From a virus (Duplodnaviria > Caudoviricetes), in IMG/VR virus record IMGVR_UViG_3300032279_000442, positions 1-45,069 of that record: a stretch of DNA of 45,069 bases; one strand, given 5' to 3'. Below, piece by piece: positions 7,966 through 16,965 of this stretch. Each line of letters opens with the position of its first letter. Positions within the stretch are counted from its first letter, which is position 1. Under the pieces are notes generated by a model. It did not search any database and had not been told where the DNA came from. It saw only the letters and a program-made list of their open reading frames with translations. The position numbers and the translations under genes are program-made.

Positions 7966-8775
7966 TTACGCAAGGGTTGAGATGAGTTCCTTCTGAGCCT
8001 CGGTGACGAGGCCCGCCGAGCGGATTGTCGGAGTCCACCAAGACTTGTCAGCCTTGGTCATAACGACGCTGCCTAAGTCCCATTGACCGCCCTTGAGACC
8101 TGTTGCGGCAAGGTGGGTGCGGAGGCTGGTCGCGATCGGCACCGCCACGCCGCTGTATGCGGTCGAAGCAAATGTCGCCACGGCGCGAGTGTAGCGGGTG
8201 CCATCCGAAGCGATGTTGTAGAACAACGGCTCGGCATCGTCGCTGATGTCATCCATCGCTTGAATCAAGAACTCCACGGTGGCGATCTCCGAGAAGAAGC
8301 CCGCTCCGCGAGTCCAGTGAACTTGCCCACCGATTTCGCGAACCTCTGAGGCCGTGTTAAAGAGCCTCGCGGGGGTTTGTTCGCGATCGTCGTAAGGAAT
8401 GTTCTCTTGATACTGCTTCAGCATTTGAAGCGTGATGACACGCATGGGAACGCCCTTCTTTTTGTCGGCAGGGTCGATCTTTGAGATGGCGTGTTGCTTG
8501 TCGAGAACCCAAGTGCCAGGGCTGAACTGGTCAGCGAGAACGCCTGTTTTATTGACAAGATTGATGCGCGGGAGGCGTGTGTCTGAGGCACTCCAGTCGC
8601 CAACGAGCCCTTTTTCTGCGAGGGCCGTGGTGGTCGTGATGTTAGCGAGAGCGTTTGCCTCTGGCTGGGTGGTCGCGAGTTGTTTGGACTCGGTGGTGGT
8701 TTCGTCGAATGTTATTGTTGCCATATTTTCGGTTTTTGTGGTTTTTGGTTTTTGTTCTGGGGTTGTGTTAGACAT
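7966..8775 (-). CDS. Putative single-stranded DNA-binding / replication accessory protein
   Basis: Position between Cas4-like nuclease and polymerase; D.RLPRINLV motif; function inferred from synteny only. Confidence 0.55.
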   Translation of the reverse strand: MSNTTPEQKPKTTKTENMATITFDETTTESKQLATTQPEANALANITTTTALAEKGLVGDWSASDTRLPRINLVNKTGVLADQFSPGTWVLDKQHAISKIDPADKKKGVPMRVITLQMLKQYQENIPYDDREQTPARLFNTASEVREIGGQVHWTRGAGFFSEIATVEFLIQAMDDISDDAEPLFYNIASDGTRYTRAVATFASTAYSGVAVPIATSLRTHLAATGLKGGQWDLGSVVMTKADKSWWTPTIRSAGLVTEAQKELISTLA

Positions 8776-8793
8776 TATTAGGTTATATCATGT

Positions 8794-11172
8794 TCAAAAG
8801 TTTTTTGATTTTTTTAAGAACGAGATTGTCCCCTCGACTTTTGCAGCGTTCGCGTCGATCAGCTTGTCGCGTAGAGCCGCTTTGGCTTTAGCCATTTGGC
8901 CTCTTTCCGCGGTGCGGGAGTAGGCTTTTTCCAACTCGCCGATTTTTAGTTTGGCGCAGGCTGCAAAAGCCTCCGGCGTTATTTTTTCTTTCACGACTTC
9001 CCACGCTGCTTGCGGGTCAGTGATCTCAAACGCGCTGCTCCGTTCGGCGAGTTCCCATCCTGGGATTTCCACGCCGGAAAGGCGAAGCTCCAAGGCCCGC
9101 GCATCCACTTTCTCCGCCCAACCTTTGAGGATGGGAGCGAGCTTTTTGGCGAGCGCCATTTTCTCGGGGTCGCTGATGATTGCTGGGTCGTATTCCGGCG
9201 GCAGCGCGAGTTCGTCTGGCTGATATTTGCTGGCGATTGTGAGCGCGAGGCTGTTGAGCTTGTGGCACTGTGCGCGGTTATTACACCACGCGCAGTGACT
9301 TCCGGTTTGGTAGTTGGCGGGGTCATTTCGTTTGGCGGCTTCGACAATAGCGGTGACAGCAGCGACAAGCCGGTCGTAATCCGCGTCGCGAGTCCACTCC
9401 ACGACATCAATCACGCCCTGGAAGGGAAGAAGCACATGAACAGAAATTTTGTTTATCTGGGGGTGTGCGTCCCAAATTCCGATGCTGTAAGCCCAAAATT
9501 GAGGAGAATCCGCTTCATATTTTCCCCACGCGAACTTGTAATCAACCAATTCGGCGGTGTCACCGTGAAGCATAATGTGATCAATGTGCCCGAACTGATC
9601 GAGCACGATGTAGCGCCGTTCCCGAATCTCCTCCAGCCCTGCTCCACACTTCTCGCGAAGCTGCCGGAGGTATTGCAGGCAGAGCCCCGCGCATTTGCGA
9701 AGGAACTCGTCATCGGCGGGGATGACATCGAGGTTCTCCTTTTCGATCGCGAGGTGCCCTAAGGTGCCGCGGTCGGCGGCTGTGGTGTCTCGCGTGTTGT
9801 CGTTGCGAAAGCCTGGGCATTTCGCTTTTTCTTTTAGTGACGACGGAGAATGCTCCGCGTGTTCTTTTTCTGGTGGTGCCGCCGCGATCGACACCTCTGC
9901 TATGTCGCGGTCTGTTGTGTTTTCCATAATTCCTTCGTTCAAAATTTGTTGGTTTTCGCGCTTGTGGCGCGTGAGGTGCAGGGCCGCTTGCTCGACCGTC
10001 CCTGGCGCGTAGAGGCGCAGTGCCAGAGCGCGGTTCTTAGCCCCGACGCGGCGCACCCGCCCGATCGCTTGTTCCTCTGCCGTGCCTGAAAATTGCGGGC
10101 AAAGAAGGGCCGTGCGCGGCGCGTTGCCGTGCGTGTCGTGGAGGTCGATAGATTGACCACCGGCTCCAATTTGGACAACGAGGCAGCGCAGAACATTGGC
10201 TTGAAACCTATCGCGGCTCCCCTGTCGCAATTCCTGCGACACCCGCCCATCAATCGTCTCCGACATCTCCCCCAGCAATGCGGCAGCTTTGTCGATCGAG
10301 GCGTGGAAATTGAGGAACAACACGACGCTCCCGCCCTCTTCGACAATTTCTGACGCTCGCTCGACGAGGTAGGGAACTTTGATGAGTTCGATCGCTTGGC
10401 GCTGCCGCAGATTCTTGACGGCGGCAGGGTCCTCGATGTCGATCATCTCGCCGTAGAGTTTTAAGATTTCGTCGCGATCCTCACTCGAAAGGTGAATTGG
10501 CTCGTCACAGAGTCGGAGTTCGGGGAGTTGGTCGGCCAGCACGGCATCCAAGGTGCGGTTGCCACGACTTGTGAAAATGGAATGATGAAGATGCTCCATT
10601 GCGAGCTTGTTCTCGGGAGTCTTCGGGTCCCATTCAAGCCCGCCCCAGCGCCCGTTCTCCGCGCCCATCTTTCTTACCCAGCCCCAGAACGCCCTAGGGT
10701 GAAACAGGCCGAGCTTGGAGCCAATCGCTTTCATGCGAAGCGGGCTCTCCGCTGCCGTTGCCGACAGCATCAGCACTCGGTAGGGGGCTACTTCGAGCAT
10801 CTTGCTGTTTGTCGATTTGTAGCCTGCGAACATATGAACTTCGTCCACGACCAACAGGAGATGGACGGGAGTCCACTTAAAATCTTTGCCTGACTTTTTG
10901 ACCCATGGGGTGTTTCCCGCACGGAGCTTTTCAGGGTTCTCCACGAACACCGGCTCGATGCCGAAAGCCTCCAGAGTGGCTCGCCACTTGGCTTTGACGC
11001 TCTTGGGGCAGACGACTCCCACGGGTAGCCCGTAGCGCCGCGCCACTTCGCAGGCGATGATTGTTTTGCCGCCCCCGCAGCCGGTCGCCTCCAGTGAGGC
11101 TCCGTTGGCGTCGAGACTCGCGAGGTTTTTCTCCACCGCGTCTTGTTGAAATGGGTAAAGGGAGAACTTCAT
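8794..11172 (-). CDS. SF2 helicase fused to a Cas4-like PD-(D/E)xK nuclease (DUF2800-like)
   Basis: YPFQ, GCGGGKT, DEVH, SAT, QAIGRVRRVG; then HSPSS...CPG, GTLGH, GHID, DYK and CAWCNNRAQC. Confidence 0.88.
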   Translation of the reverse strand: MKFSLYPFQQDAVEKNLASLDANGASLEATGCGGGKTIIACEVARRYGLPVGVVCPKSVKAKWRATLEAFGIEPVFVENPEKLRAGNTPWVKKSGKDFKWTPVHLLLVVDEVHMFAGYKSTNSKMLEVAPYRVLMLSATAAESPLRMKAIGSKLGLFHPRAFWGWVRKMGAENGRWGGLEWDPKTPENKLAMEHLHHSIFTSRGNRTLDAVLADQLPELRLCDEPIHLSSEDRDEILKLYGEMIDIEDPAAVKNLRQRQAIELIKVPYLVERASEIVEEGGSVVLFLNFHASIDKAAALLGEMSETIDGRVSQELRQGSRDRFQANVLRCLVVQIGAGGQSIDLHDTHGNAPRTALLCPQFSGTAEEQAIGRVRRVGAKNRALALRLYAPGTVEQAALHLTRHKRENQQILNEGIMENTTDRDIAEVSIAAAPPEKEHAEHSPSSLKEKAKCPGFRNDNTRDTTAADRGTLGHLAIEKENLDVIPADDEFLRKCAGLCLQYLRQLREKCGAGLEEIRERRYIVLDQFGHIDHIMLHGDTAELVDYKFAWGKYEADSPQFWAYSIGIWDAHPQINKISVHVLLPFQGVIDVVEWTRDADYDRLVAAVTAIVEAAKRNDPANYQTGSHCAWCNNRAQCHKLNSLALTIASKYQPDELALPPEYDPAIISDPEKMALAKKLAPILKGWAEKVDARALELRLSGVEIPGWELAERSSAFEITDPQAAWEVVKEKITPEAFAACAKLKIGELEKAYSRTAERGQMAKAKAALRDKLIDANAAKVEGTISFLKKSKNF

Positions 11173-11447
11173 TCCTCCTCGAAGCCCGCAATCTGGGCGG
11201 CACAGCGGGCATAGCCCGCAATATCGACATACGAGTCGCGAGTCGGCGTGTAAACAGTCCTTGCGATTTTGAGGAGAATCATCAAGTGGGCCACATCCAG
11301 AGGCGAAAGCGGGGCGGTCGGGTCTTTGCGGGCCTGAATATAGGCATTCCAGTGGGCCGCGATTCGCTCGTGGTTGGGGGTGGCTTTGTCGTAATCGCGG
11401 CGGCGGTCGCCGCTCGTCACTTCCAAGGCGGTGTCGAGGATACTCAT
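11169..11447 (-). CDS. DUF6378-like protein
   Basis: GDRRRDY...RIAAHW...MILLKIAR...DSYVDIAGYA signature. Confidence 0.8.
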   Translation of the reverse strand: MSILDTALEVTSGDRRRDYDKATPNHERIAAHWNAYIQARKDPTAPLSPLDVAHLMILLKIARTVYTPTRDSYVDIAGYARCAAQIAGFEEE

Positions 11448-11785
11448 TTCACCAAAGAGGACTCACGCAGGATCGCGATGAAATCTTGCGCGGAGAGAAC
11501 CACGATCCACTCATGGTCGTTGCGCTTGTGGAAAACGACGGGAATTTTCCCTGGCTTTGCGTCGCGCTGGGCTTGGGAGAGCCACTGGTAGGGGTTCCCC
11601 GCCTCCACCCGCTTGCACTCGATGTGCAGTGGCAGAGAGTCGCACACGACATCGCTTTCGGTCAGACCGAAGCGCCCTTGCGAGAACTGAACCCCACGCT
11701 TCGCGGGGAACCCCTGTTCCGTCAAAAATCCGGCAAGCTCTCGCTCGCCTCGTGCGCCCTTGGCGCGAGAATTGATGCGCTTCAT
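11444..11785 (-). CDS. Holliday junction resolvase (PD-(D/E)xK type)
   Basis: NSRAKGARGERELA...SDV...IECKR...PVVFHKRN; ATG at 11785 overlaps the upstream TGA. Confidence 0.85.
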   Translation of the reverse strand: MKRINSRAKGARGERELAGFLTEQGFPAKRGVQFSQGRFGLTESDVVCDSLPLHIECKRVEAGNPYQWLSQAQRDAKPGKIPVVFHKRNDHEWIVVLSAQDFIAILRESSLVK

Positions 11786-12069
11786 GTCAACATCGTCCTT
11801 CCTTTGCACCAGCGAGCCAAATCAGACTCGCGATAAATAAATTTTTTGAGTCCGAGTTTTTTGTAAGGGAGGCCCATGAACTGCCGCCAGTAAGCCAGGT
11901 TTCCCCGACTTACTGGACGCCCAAGTAACTCTGAAAGTCTTTCCAGAGCCCTATCCGCTTCGTAGCTCGCTTCGGCGGGGGCCTCGGAGGGTTTTGCTCC
12001 GACAATCTCCAGCCGAATTTTACCTCCTGGTCCTTGCTCTGCTTTGAAAAAATCACATTCCAGAATCAT
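11782..12069 (-). CDS. Excisionase-like HTH DNA-binding protein
   Basis: C-terminal VSRGNLAYWRQFMGLPYKKLG...IYRESDLARW fits the MerR/Xis-type winged HTH pattern; near the integrase. Confidence 0.65.
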   Translation of the reverse strand: MILECDFFKAEQGPGGKIRLEIVGAKPSEAPAEASYEADRALERLSELLGRPVSRGNLAYWRQFMGLPYKKLGLKKFIYRESDLARWCKGRTMLT

Positions 12070-12227
12070 AGTCTTAAATAACGATACCTTCTCAAGTAGA
12101 GCCTGAGAGCCCTTCGGATGATCCACGACGCGTTTTTTTTCATTCGTTTTTGTTCAAGCTCCAGCCCCTTTTCGATGTCTGGAGCCGATGGAAAAGATCG
12201 AATCTGTTTCGGATTAGGAGGGTTCAT
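12066..12227 (-). CDS. Small ribbon-helix-helix-like regulator (53 aa, absent from the ORF track)
   Basis: Hand translation MNPPNPKQIRSFPSAPDIEKGLELEQKRMKKNASWIIRRALRLYLRRYRYLRL; stop overlaps the next ATG (ATGA). Confidence 0.65.
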   Translation of the reverse strand: MNPPNPKQIRSFPSAPDIEKGLELEQKRMKKNASWIIRRALRLYLRRYRYLRL

Positions 12228-12384
12228 TACACTGCAGCCCAATCAACTCAGGGTCGTCCAAAGCGGACTCAGCGAAGTCTTTCAAAAACTCTAGGCTGAG
12301 AGCCTCAATGGAAGTTCCCGTCTTGGCAGAAAGCTCCTCTAAGATTTCGGCCAGTTCCGTGTCGATTGTCAGGGTTAATATCAT
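12214..12384 (-). CDS. Small ribbon-helix-helix-like regulator (56 aa, absent from the ORF track)
   Basis: Hand translation MILTLTIDTELAEILEELSAKTGTSIEALSLEFLKDFAESALDDPELIGLQCNEPS; beta-helix-G-helix pattern. Confidence 0.6.
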   Translation of the reverse strand: MILTLTIDTELAEILEELSAKTGTSIEALSLEFLKDFAESALDDPELIGLQCNEPS

Positions 12385-12478
12385 ATATGGTTACTAATTT
12401 ATTTGGTTGATGTCAGGTTATTACACATTCTGAGGGAAAAGCATTAAAAGAGTGTGGGTTCTGAGGGGAACACTTGTT

Positions 12479-12769
12479 TTATTTCGCGAGCTTCTTGTGA
12501 AGAATCTTGGCAATTTCAAGGATTTTCGGGTCCATCCCGTCTTTGGCGCGTTCTTTTGAAGAGTCGCTTTGCATGGAGAGGGCCTTTCGGGCTTGTTCTA
12601 GGACGACTCCGCTTGAGTCTTCCTTCTCTAGGTATTGTATAGTTGCTTGACGCATTAAGGAGCTAATCGAAACGCCTTTATATGCGGACATAATTTTAAG
12701 GGCATAGTGGACCTCGTTGCTTTCGACATACGAGACTCGACTTGTTCCTTCTTTGAGTTGGTTAGGCAT
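12479..12769 (-). CDS. Putative RHH-like repressor
   Basis: RVSYVES...ALKIMSAYKGVSISSLMRQATIQYL; directly downstream of the integrase. Confidence 0.6.
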   Translation of the reverse strand: MPNQLKEGTSRVSYVESNEVHYALKIMSAYKGVSISSLMRQATIQYLEKEDSSGVVLEQARKALSMQSDSSKERAKDGMDPKILEIAKILHKKLAK

Positions 12770-12826
12770 TATTTTTTTTTGTTGTTTGTGCTGTCAGGTT
12801 GTTAGACAACGCAACCTGGAAAATGT

Positions 12827-14032
12827 TCACCAAGTTAATAACCCGTCAAGTTTATTTTCGCGGGCAAACCTCCGAACCCTGTCAGGGGTTATTGAAAACC
12901 AACCTTCTGCACTGACTTTGGACACAAGGGCTCGATAATGCTTTTTAAGAATTTCTGGTGAGTTCCCCGCAATATCCGCGGTCTTGGCGGGGTCGCGGTG
13001 CATGGCGAGGTGGTAGGAGCAGAACGAATGGCGCAGGGCGTTTTGCTTGGTTTTCACTCCGCAGGCTTTCAAACGATCCTCGTCGATCCCGTGAATTTTG
13101 TGGGTCGGGACAATAGGCCCTTCTTGAGGGCCGAACTCTTTTAGCCATGCCATCAAGTTTTCAGGAATGTCGAGGGCTCGCCCCGTTCTTGTTTTCGTGA
13201 TCTCAGGGCCAAGCCGAATCATTTTTTCCTCAAACAAAACATCCGCCATCGTGAGTTTTTTGCTTGACGCCTCGGATCGTCTTGATCCCGCAAAAGCCAT
13301 CAGGGCGACGAACGGAAGATATTTTCTCTCGGTGGCTATCAGCAAGCGGCAGAGTTCCGGTGGCGTGTAGAATTCTACCGTCTGGTCCCGTAAGGTGGGG
13401 AGGTCACACTCGATGTTAGTCTTGTCCTCGGACACGAATCTTTTTTTCCGTGCAAAGCGGAGCAGCGTCGTGAGGGTGCCGAACAAATTTCGTTTTGATC
13501 GGTCTTGGTATTTTGAGGTTCGCAAAAAATCCAAGTATTCCTCGGGCGCAATCGTGTCGATGTGTCGTTTTCCAAACTCCGGTTCCCAAACATTTCGGTG
13601 GTGCCGCAGGGTTTGATAATATCTTTGAGAGAGCCCGCGCTCCTCGGCTCTCGCGTAGAAGGCGTCATACACCTGTGAGAAACTTTGAGGGTTCGCGGAA
13701 GTGTATTCGTGAAATTTCAAATAGAATTCTACCGCGGTATGCAGAGGAATTTTTCCGAGGCGCTGACGGCACTCGTTGAAATAAACGATGTCCTCCCCGC
13801 AAAGCGTCGTCGCGGCTCCATCGCAGGTGGCGAGGTGCTTGACGATCCGCTCCGCCTCTATCATAGCGGCTGACTCGTTGTTGTAGGATTTGTTGTAGGT
13901 CTTCTTCCCGACCTTCCATTTCAGACGGTGCGTTGTGTAGCCGCCGCGAAATAATTTTGAGATGCGAACTATCGCAGGACCGCAGCGCACGGCGGAGTGT
14001 TTTTCGTCGATGTTTTCAATTTGGGTTTTCAT
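12827..14032 (-). CDS. int: Tyrosine recombinase / phage integrase
   Basis: AGSRRSE (catalytic R), TKT (K), NALRHSF, AGNS, KHY (catalytic Y); 401 aa. Confidence 0.93.
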   Translation of the reverse strand: MKTQIENIDEKHSAVRCGPAIVRISKLFRGGYTTHRLKWKVGKKTYNKSYNNESAAMIEAERIVKHLATCDGAATTLCGEDIVYFNECRQRLGKIPLHTAVEFYLKFHEYTSANPQSFSQVYDAFYARAEERGLSQRYYQTLRHHRNVWEPEFGKRHIDTIAPEEYLDFLRTSKYQDRSKRNLFGTLTTLLRFARKKRFVSEDKTNIECDLPTLRDQTVEFYTPPELCRLLIATERKYLPFVALMAFAGSRRSEASSKKLTMADVLFEEKMIRLGPEITKTRTGRALDIPENLMAWLKEFGPQEGPIVPTHKIHGIDEDRLKACGVKTKQNALRHSFCSYHLAMHRDPAKTADIAGNSPEILKKHYRALVSKVSAEGWFSITPDRVRRFARENKLDGLLTW

Positions 14033-14185
14033 TTTTTTCTTTCTGGTTCTGTCCCAAAAATTGGGACAAAGTGTGTTTTGGGGTGTAATAACCTATACAA
14101 AGAATCATACACCGCAACAAAAAAACCTGTAGCCTTGCGAAGAAGAACCAGAAATTTGTCCCTGAAAATTTGGGACAAAAAGAAC

Positions 14186-14205
14186 CGGAGTCTACGGGGC
14201 TCGAA
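14186..14205 (-). other. Putative attP core matching a tRNA 3' end (tRNA-Asp-like)
   Basis: Minus strand TTCGAGC-CCCGT-AGACTCC-G parses as T-loop (7), T-stem 3' strand (5), acceptor 3' strand (7) and discriminator G. Confidence 0.7.
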
Positions 14206-14230
14206 TTCGTGTTCAGTTTTGTATAAGTAG

Positions 14231-14256
14231 TTGACAAAAAATATATTGTGTAAAAG
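14231..14256 (+). promoter_or_regulatory. Possible sigma70-type promoter for the terminase/structural arm
   Basis: Perfect TTGACA at 14231 in AT-rich DNA; the -10 element is unclear. Confidence 0.35.
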
Positions 14257-14298
14257 TGAAATTGACCTTGTCCCGAGTTAGACATATCTTGTCCTGAA

Positions 14299-16068
14299 AT
14301 GGTTCAAAATAAAGTTGGGATTTTTGTTGATGACGGAAAAACTCCAGTCCCAAAAAACAGCGTTGTTCGTTACGGCTATGTGTATCCGCAAGGCACTGCG
14401 GATTGGACGATCGAGCTTCATGCTTACCGAGCACTAGCAAAAGACGGAACGCCGCGAGAGGAAAATTTCAAGAGAGCGGCGCAGATGTTTTTCTCGAAAA
14501 ATTCGGAGCCGTTTATCTGGCATCCGTGGGCCGAGGATATGCTCTACGAGTGCTGCTACTCGCAGTTCGTGGGCTTCGCGGGATGCGGCTCGTCGGGCAA
14601 GTCGGATTTCATGGCGGTGTGGATTCTTTTGAATTGGCTCGCTGCGCCGTATCACACACTCGGACTCCTGACCTCGACTTCGATCCGCGATTCTAAGAAG
14701 CGCGTTTGGGGCGCGGTGTCCCGCTACTGGCCTTCGATTGCGCCCGTCGCTCCGGCGAAGCTCACCGACACGCCGACTCCGGCGATTTATGTTGTGCGCG
14801 ACAAGGTTCGCATGGAGCAGGCGGGCGTGTATCTCATCCCCGCGGAAGCAAAGAAGACCAACGAGGTGACGGGCAAGATGCGAGGGATGAAAGCTCCGCG
14901 AGTCTTTCTGGCAGCGGATGAGTTGTCGGAGCTTTCGCATTCGCTTCTCGACACGGCGATGTCGAACTTGGCGAACAACGCGGTTCTTCACATCTGCGCG
15001 GCGGCGAACCCTGTCAGCTACTACGACCCCTTCGGAAAATTCGCGGAGCCGCAGAATGGTTGGGGTTCGATCACGGTGAACGACGATCGCTGGGAAACCA
15101 AGCTGGGTGGGATTTGTCTGCACTTCGACGCCATGCGAAACCCGAATTATCTGGCGAAGGAAAATCTTTGGCCGATTCAAAAATGGGAGAAGATCGAGGA
15201 GGCGGTGGAGCGGCTGGGCGACGACTCGCCGATGTTTTGGCGTGACTATCGCGGCTTCTGGCCTCCCCAGGGAATTTCCAAAGCGATCTACTCGGAGTCG
15301 GAGATCATCAAATTCAAAGGGGACCAGCCGCCGGTCTGGCAAGGCGCGACGACGCGGATCGCGGGCGTGGACCCTTCGTTTGTTTCGGGCGGAGATCGTT
15401 GTGTGCTGTATGTCGGCAGCTATGGGCTGAACAAGGACGGCGTGGAGCAGGTATCATTTGATACCTTCCATTTTGTCGAGGATGACGCTTCCTCGAACGA
15501 GCCTCGCACTTTTCAGGTAGCGGCAAAGATCGCCGAGATTTTGCGGCGTGAGCGGGTGCAGTCTTACCACCTCGGCGTCGATGTGACGGGCGGCGGCGTT
15601 CCGTTTTGCGATGCGCTATCCCGCGTCCTCGGGAGCAATGATTTTCTTCGGGTGCATTTCGGAGGGTCTCCGAGTGATCGGTCGCTCTCGGCTTACGACG
15701 CGACGAAAGCCAACGACAAGTATGTGAATCGTGTCACTGAGCTTTGGTTCGGCGCGAAAGAGTATTTGCAGAATGGGCAACTTCGCGGCATTGGCCCCGA
15801 CCTCGCCCAGGAGATGACCGCCCGCAATTTCGAGACGCGCAAATCGGGCGGGATGAAACTCTGCGTCGAGCCGAAGGTGGACATGAAGGCACGGATGGGT
15901 CGCTCCCCTGACATTGCGGACGCGGCGTTTGTTTTGTTGGAAGTCGTGCGCGAGCGGATGGGCCTTCGACCTCCCCAGGAGAGCGGACCCCGCGCTGCCC
16001 GCCCGTGGCGCAAGATGATGGGGCGCTTCGATGTCAAGCGCAATTCGTCTTGCCTTTTGGACTGCTAG
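14299..16068 (+). CDS. terL: Terminase large subunit
   Basis: Walker A GCGSSGKS, Walker B LAADE, AANP, nuclease GVDPS...GGD and RSPDIADA. Confidence 0.92.
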   Translation: MVQNKVGIFVDDGKTPVPKNSVVRYGYVYPQGTADWTIELHAYRALAKDGTPREENFKRAAQMFFSKNSEPFIWHPWAEDMLYECCYSQFVGFAGCGSSGKSDFMAVWILLNWLAAPYHTLGLLTSTSIRDSKKRVWGAVSRYWPSIAPVAPAKLTDTPTPAIYVVRDKVRMEQAGVYLIPAEAKKTNEVTGKMRGMKAPRVFLAADELSELSHSLLDTAMSNLANNAVLHICAAANPVSYYDPFGKFAEPQNGWGSITVNDDRWETKLGGICLHFDAMRNPNYLAKENLWPIQKWEKIEEAVERLGDDSPMFWRDYRGFWPPQGISKAIYSESEIIKFKGDQPPVWQGATTRIAGVDPSFVSGGDRCVLYVGSYGLNKDGVEQVSFDTFHFVEDDASSNEPRTFQVAAKIAEILRRERVQSYHLGVDVTGGGVPFCDALSRVLGSNDFLRVHFGGSPSDRSLSAYDATKANDKYVNRVTELWFGAKEYLQNGQLRGIGPDLAQEMTARNFETRKSGGMKLCVEPKVDMKARMGRSPDIADAAFVLLEVVRERMGLRPPQESGPRAARPWRKMMGRFDVKRNSSCLLDC

Positions 16069-16088
16069 GTGTAATAATTTCACAACCT

Positions 16089-16430
16089 ATGGAAGCCGTT
16101 GAATACCCGCTTACGATTGAGCAAGGTTCCACTTTTCAGAAGCAATTTCGCTGGAAGGTGGACGGGCAGGTCATGAACCTTACAGGTTACACGGCCAAGA
16201 TGCAGGCCCGCAAGAACTACGGCGGTGCGGTGGGGTTTGAACTCAGCACCGCAAACAGCCGAATTTTGCTAGGCGGCGCGGGCGGAACAGTCTCTTTGGA
16301 GATGGCTCCTGACGAAACGGCGGCTCTCCCCGTGGGAAATTTTGTTTACGATTTAGAACTGACGACCGGCGGCGTGGTGAGGAAACTCATTCGCGGCACG
16401 GTGGTTGTCGTGCCGGAGGCAACGATCTAA
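16089..16430 (+). CDS. Small beta-sandwich virion/adaptor-like protein
   Basis: LTIEQGSTF...[12 protein letters not shown]...VYDLEL...LIRG pattern common in phage tail regions; AACCT-ATG start. Confidence 0.7.
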   Translation: MEAVEYPLTIEQGSTFQKQFRWKVDGQVMNLTGYTAKMQARKNYGGAVGFELSTANSRILLGGAGGTVSLEMAPDETAALPVGNFVYDLELTTGGVVRKLIRGTVVVVPEATI

Positions 16431-16431
16431 C

Positions 16432-16965
16432 ATGGCAGAGATTATCGAAATCATTGGCTCCGGTTTGACCGGCCCCCAGGGACCTCGTGGGTTGCCAGGT
16501 TTGAACGGAGCCCCTGGAGCCGCTGGGGCACAAGGAGCGGTCGGACCTATCGGCCCCGTCGGCCCCGTCGGCCCCGTCGGCCCGACAGGATTAAAAGGCG
16601 ATCGTGGTTTTCAAGGTCTTAAAGGCGATAGCATTACCGGCCCCCAGGGCGAGCGCGGGTTAAAGGGTGACAAAGGCGACCGCGGTATCGAAGGTCCCAT
16701 GGGCCCCGTTGGCCCCGTTGGCCCGTCGGGCGGACCTGGCCCCGCTGGGGCGATGGGAGCCCGTGGTTTTCAAGGTTTGCGCGGCGATCCAGGCCCCCAG
16801 GGCATCGAAGGCCCGCGGGGTTTGCAGGGCGTGCAGGGTAACAAAGGCGATACCGGCGCAGTCGGAGGTCCTGGCCCCCGTGGCTACACCGGCCCGCAAG
16901 GCCCCCAGGGCGAGATTTCCAAAGGCTCCGTCATGGCTTTTAGCATCGCTCTTGGAGGCGTGTGA
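16432..16965 (+). CDS. Collagen-like triple-helix protein
   Basis: Nearly continuous Gly-X-Y repeats; C-terminal MAFSIALG. Confidence 0.85.
   Translation: MAEIIEIIGSGLTGPQGPRGLPGLNGAPGAAGAQGAVGPIGPVGPVGPVGPTGLKGDRGFQGLKGDSITGPQGERGLKGDKGDRGIEGPMGPVGPVGPSGGPGPAGAMGARGFQGLRGDPGPQGIEGPRGLQGVQGNKGDTGAVGGPGPRGYTGPQGPQGEISKGSVMAFSIALGGV

Larger units (their letters stand above)
14050..14297. repeat. Repeated TGTCCC/GGGACA sites, putative integrase arm-type sites of attP
   Basis: TGTCCCA-N5-TGGGACA (14050-14068), TTTGTCCC-N9-GGGACAAA (14155-14179), TTGTCCC (14268), TTGTCCT (14289). Confidence 0.6.

Noticed and set aside
14186-14211. Complete tRNA gene
   Set aside because: Only the 3' 20 nt fit; there is no D-arm, anticodon arm or matching 5' T-stem, so it is treated as an att core
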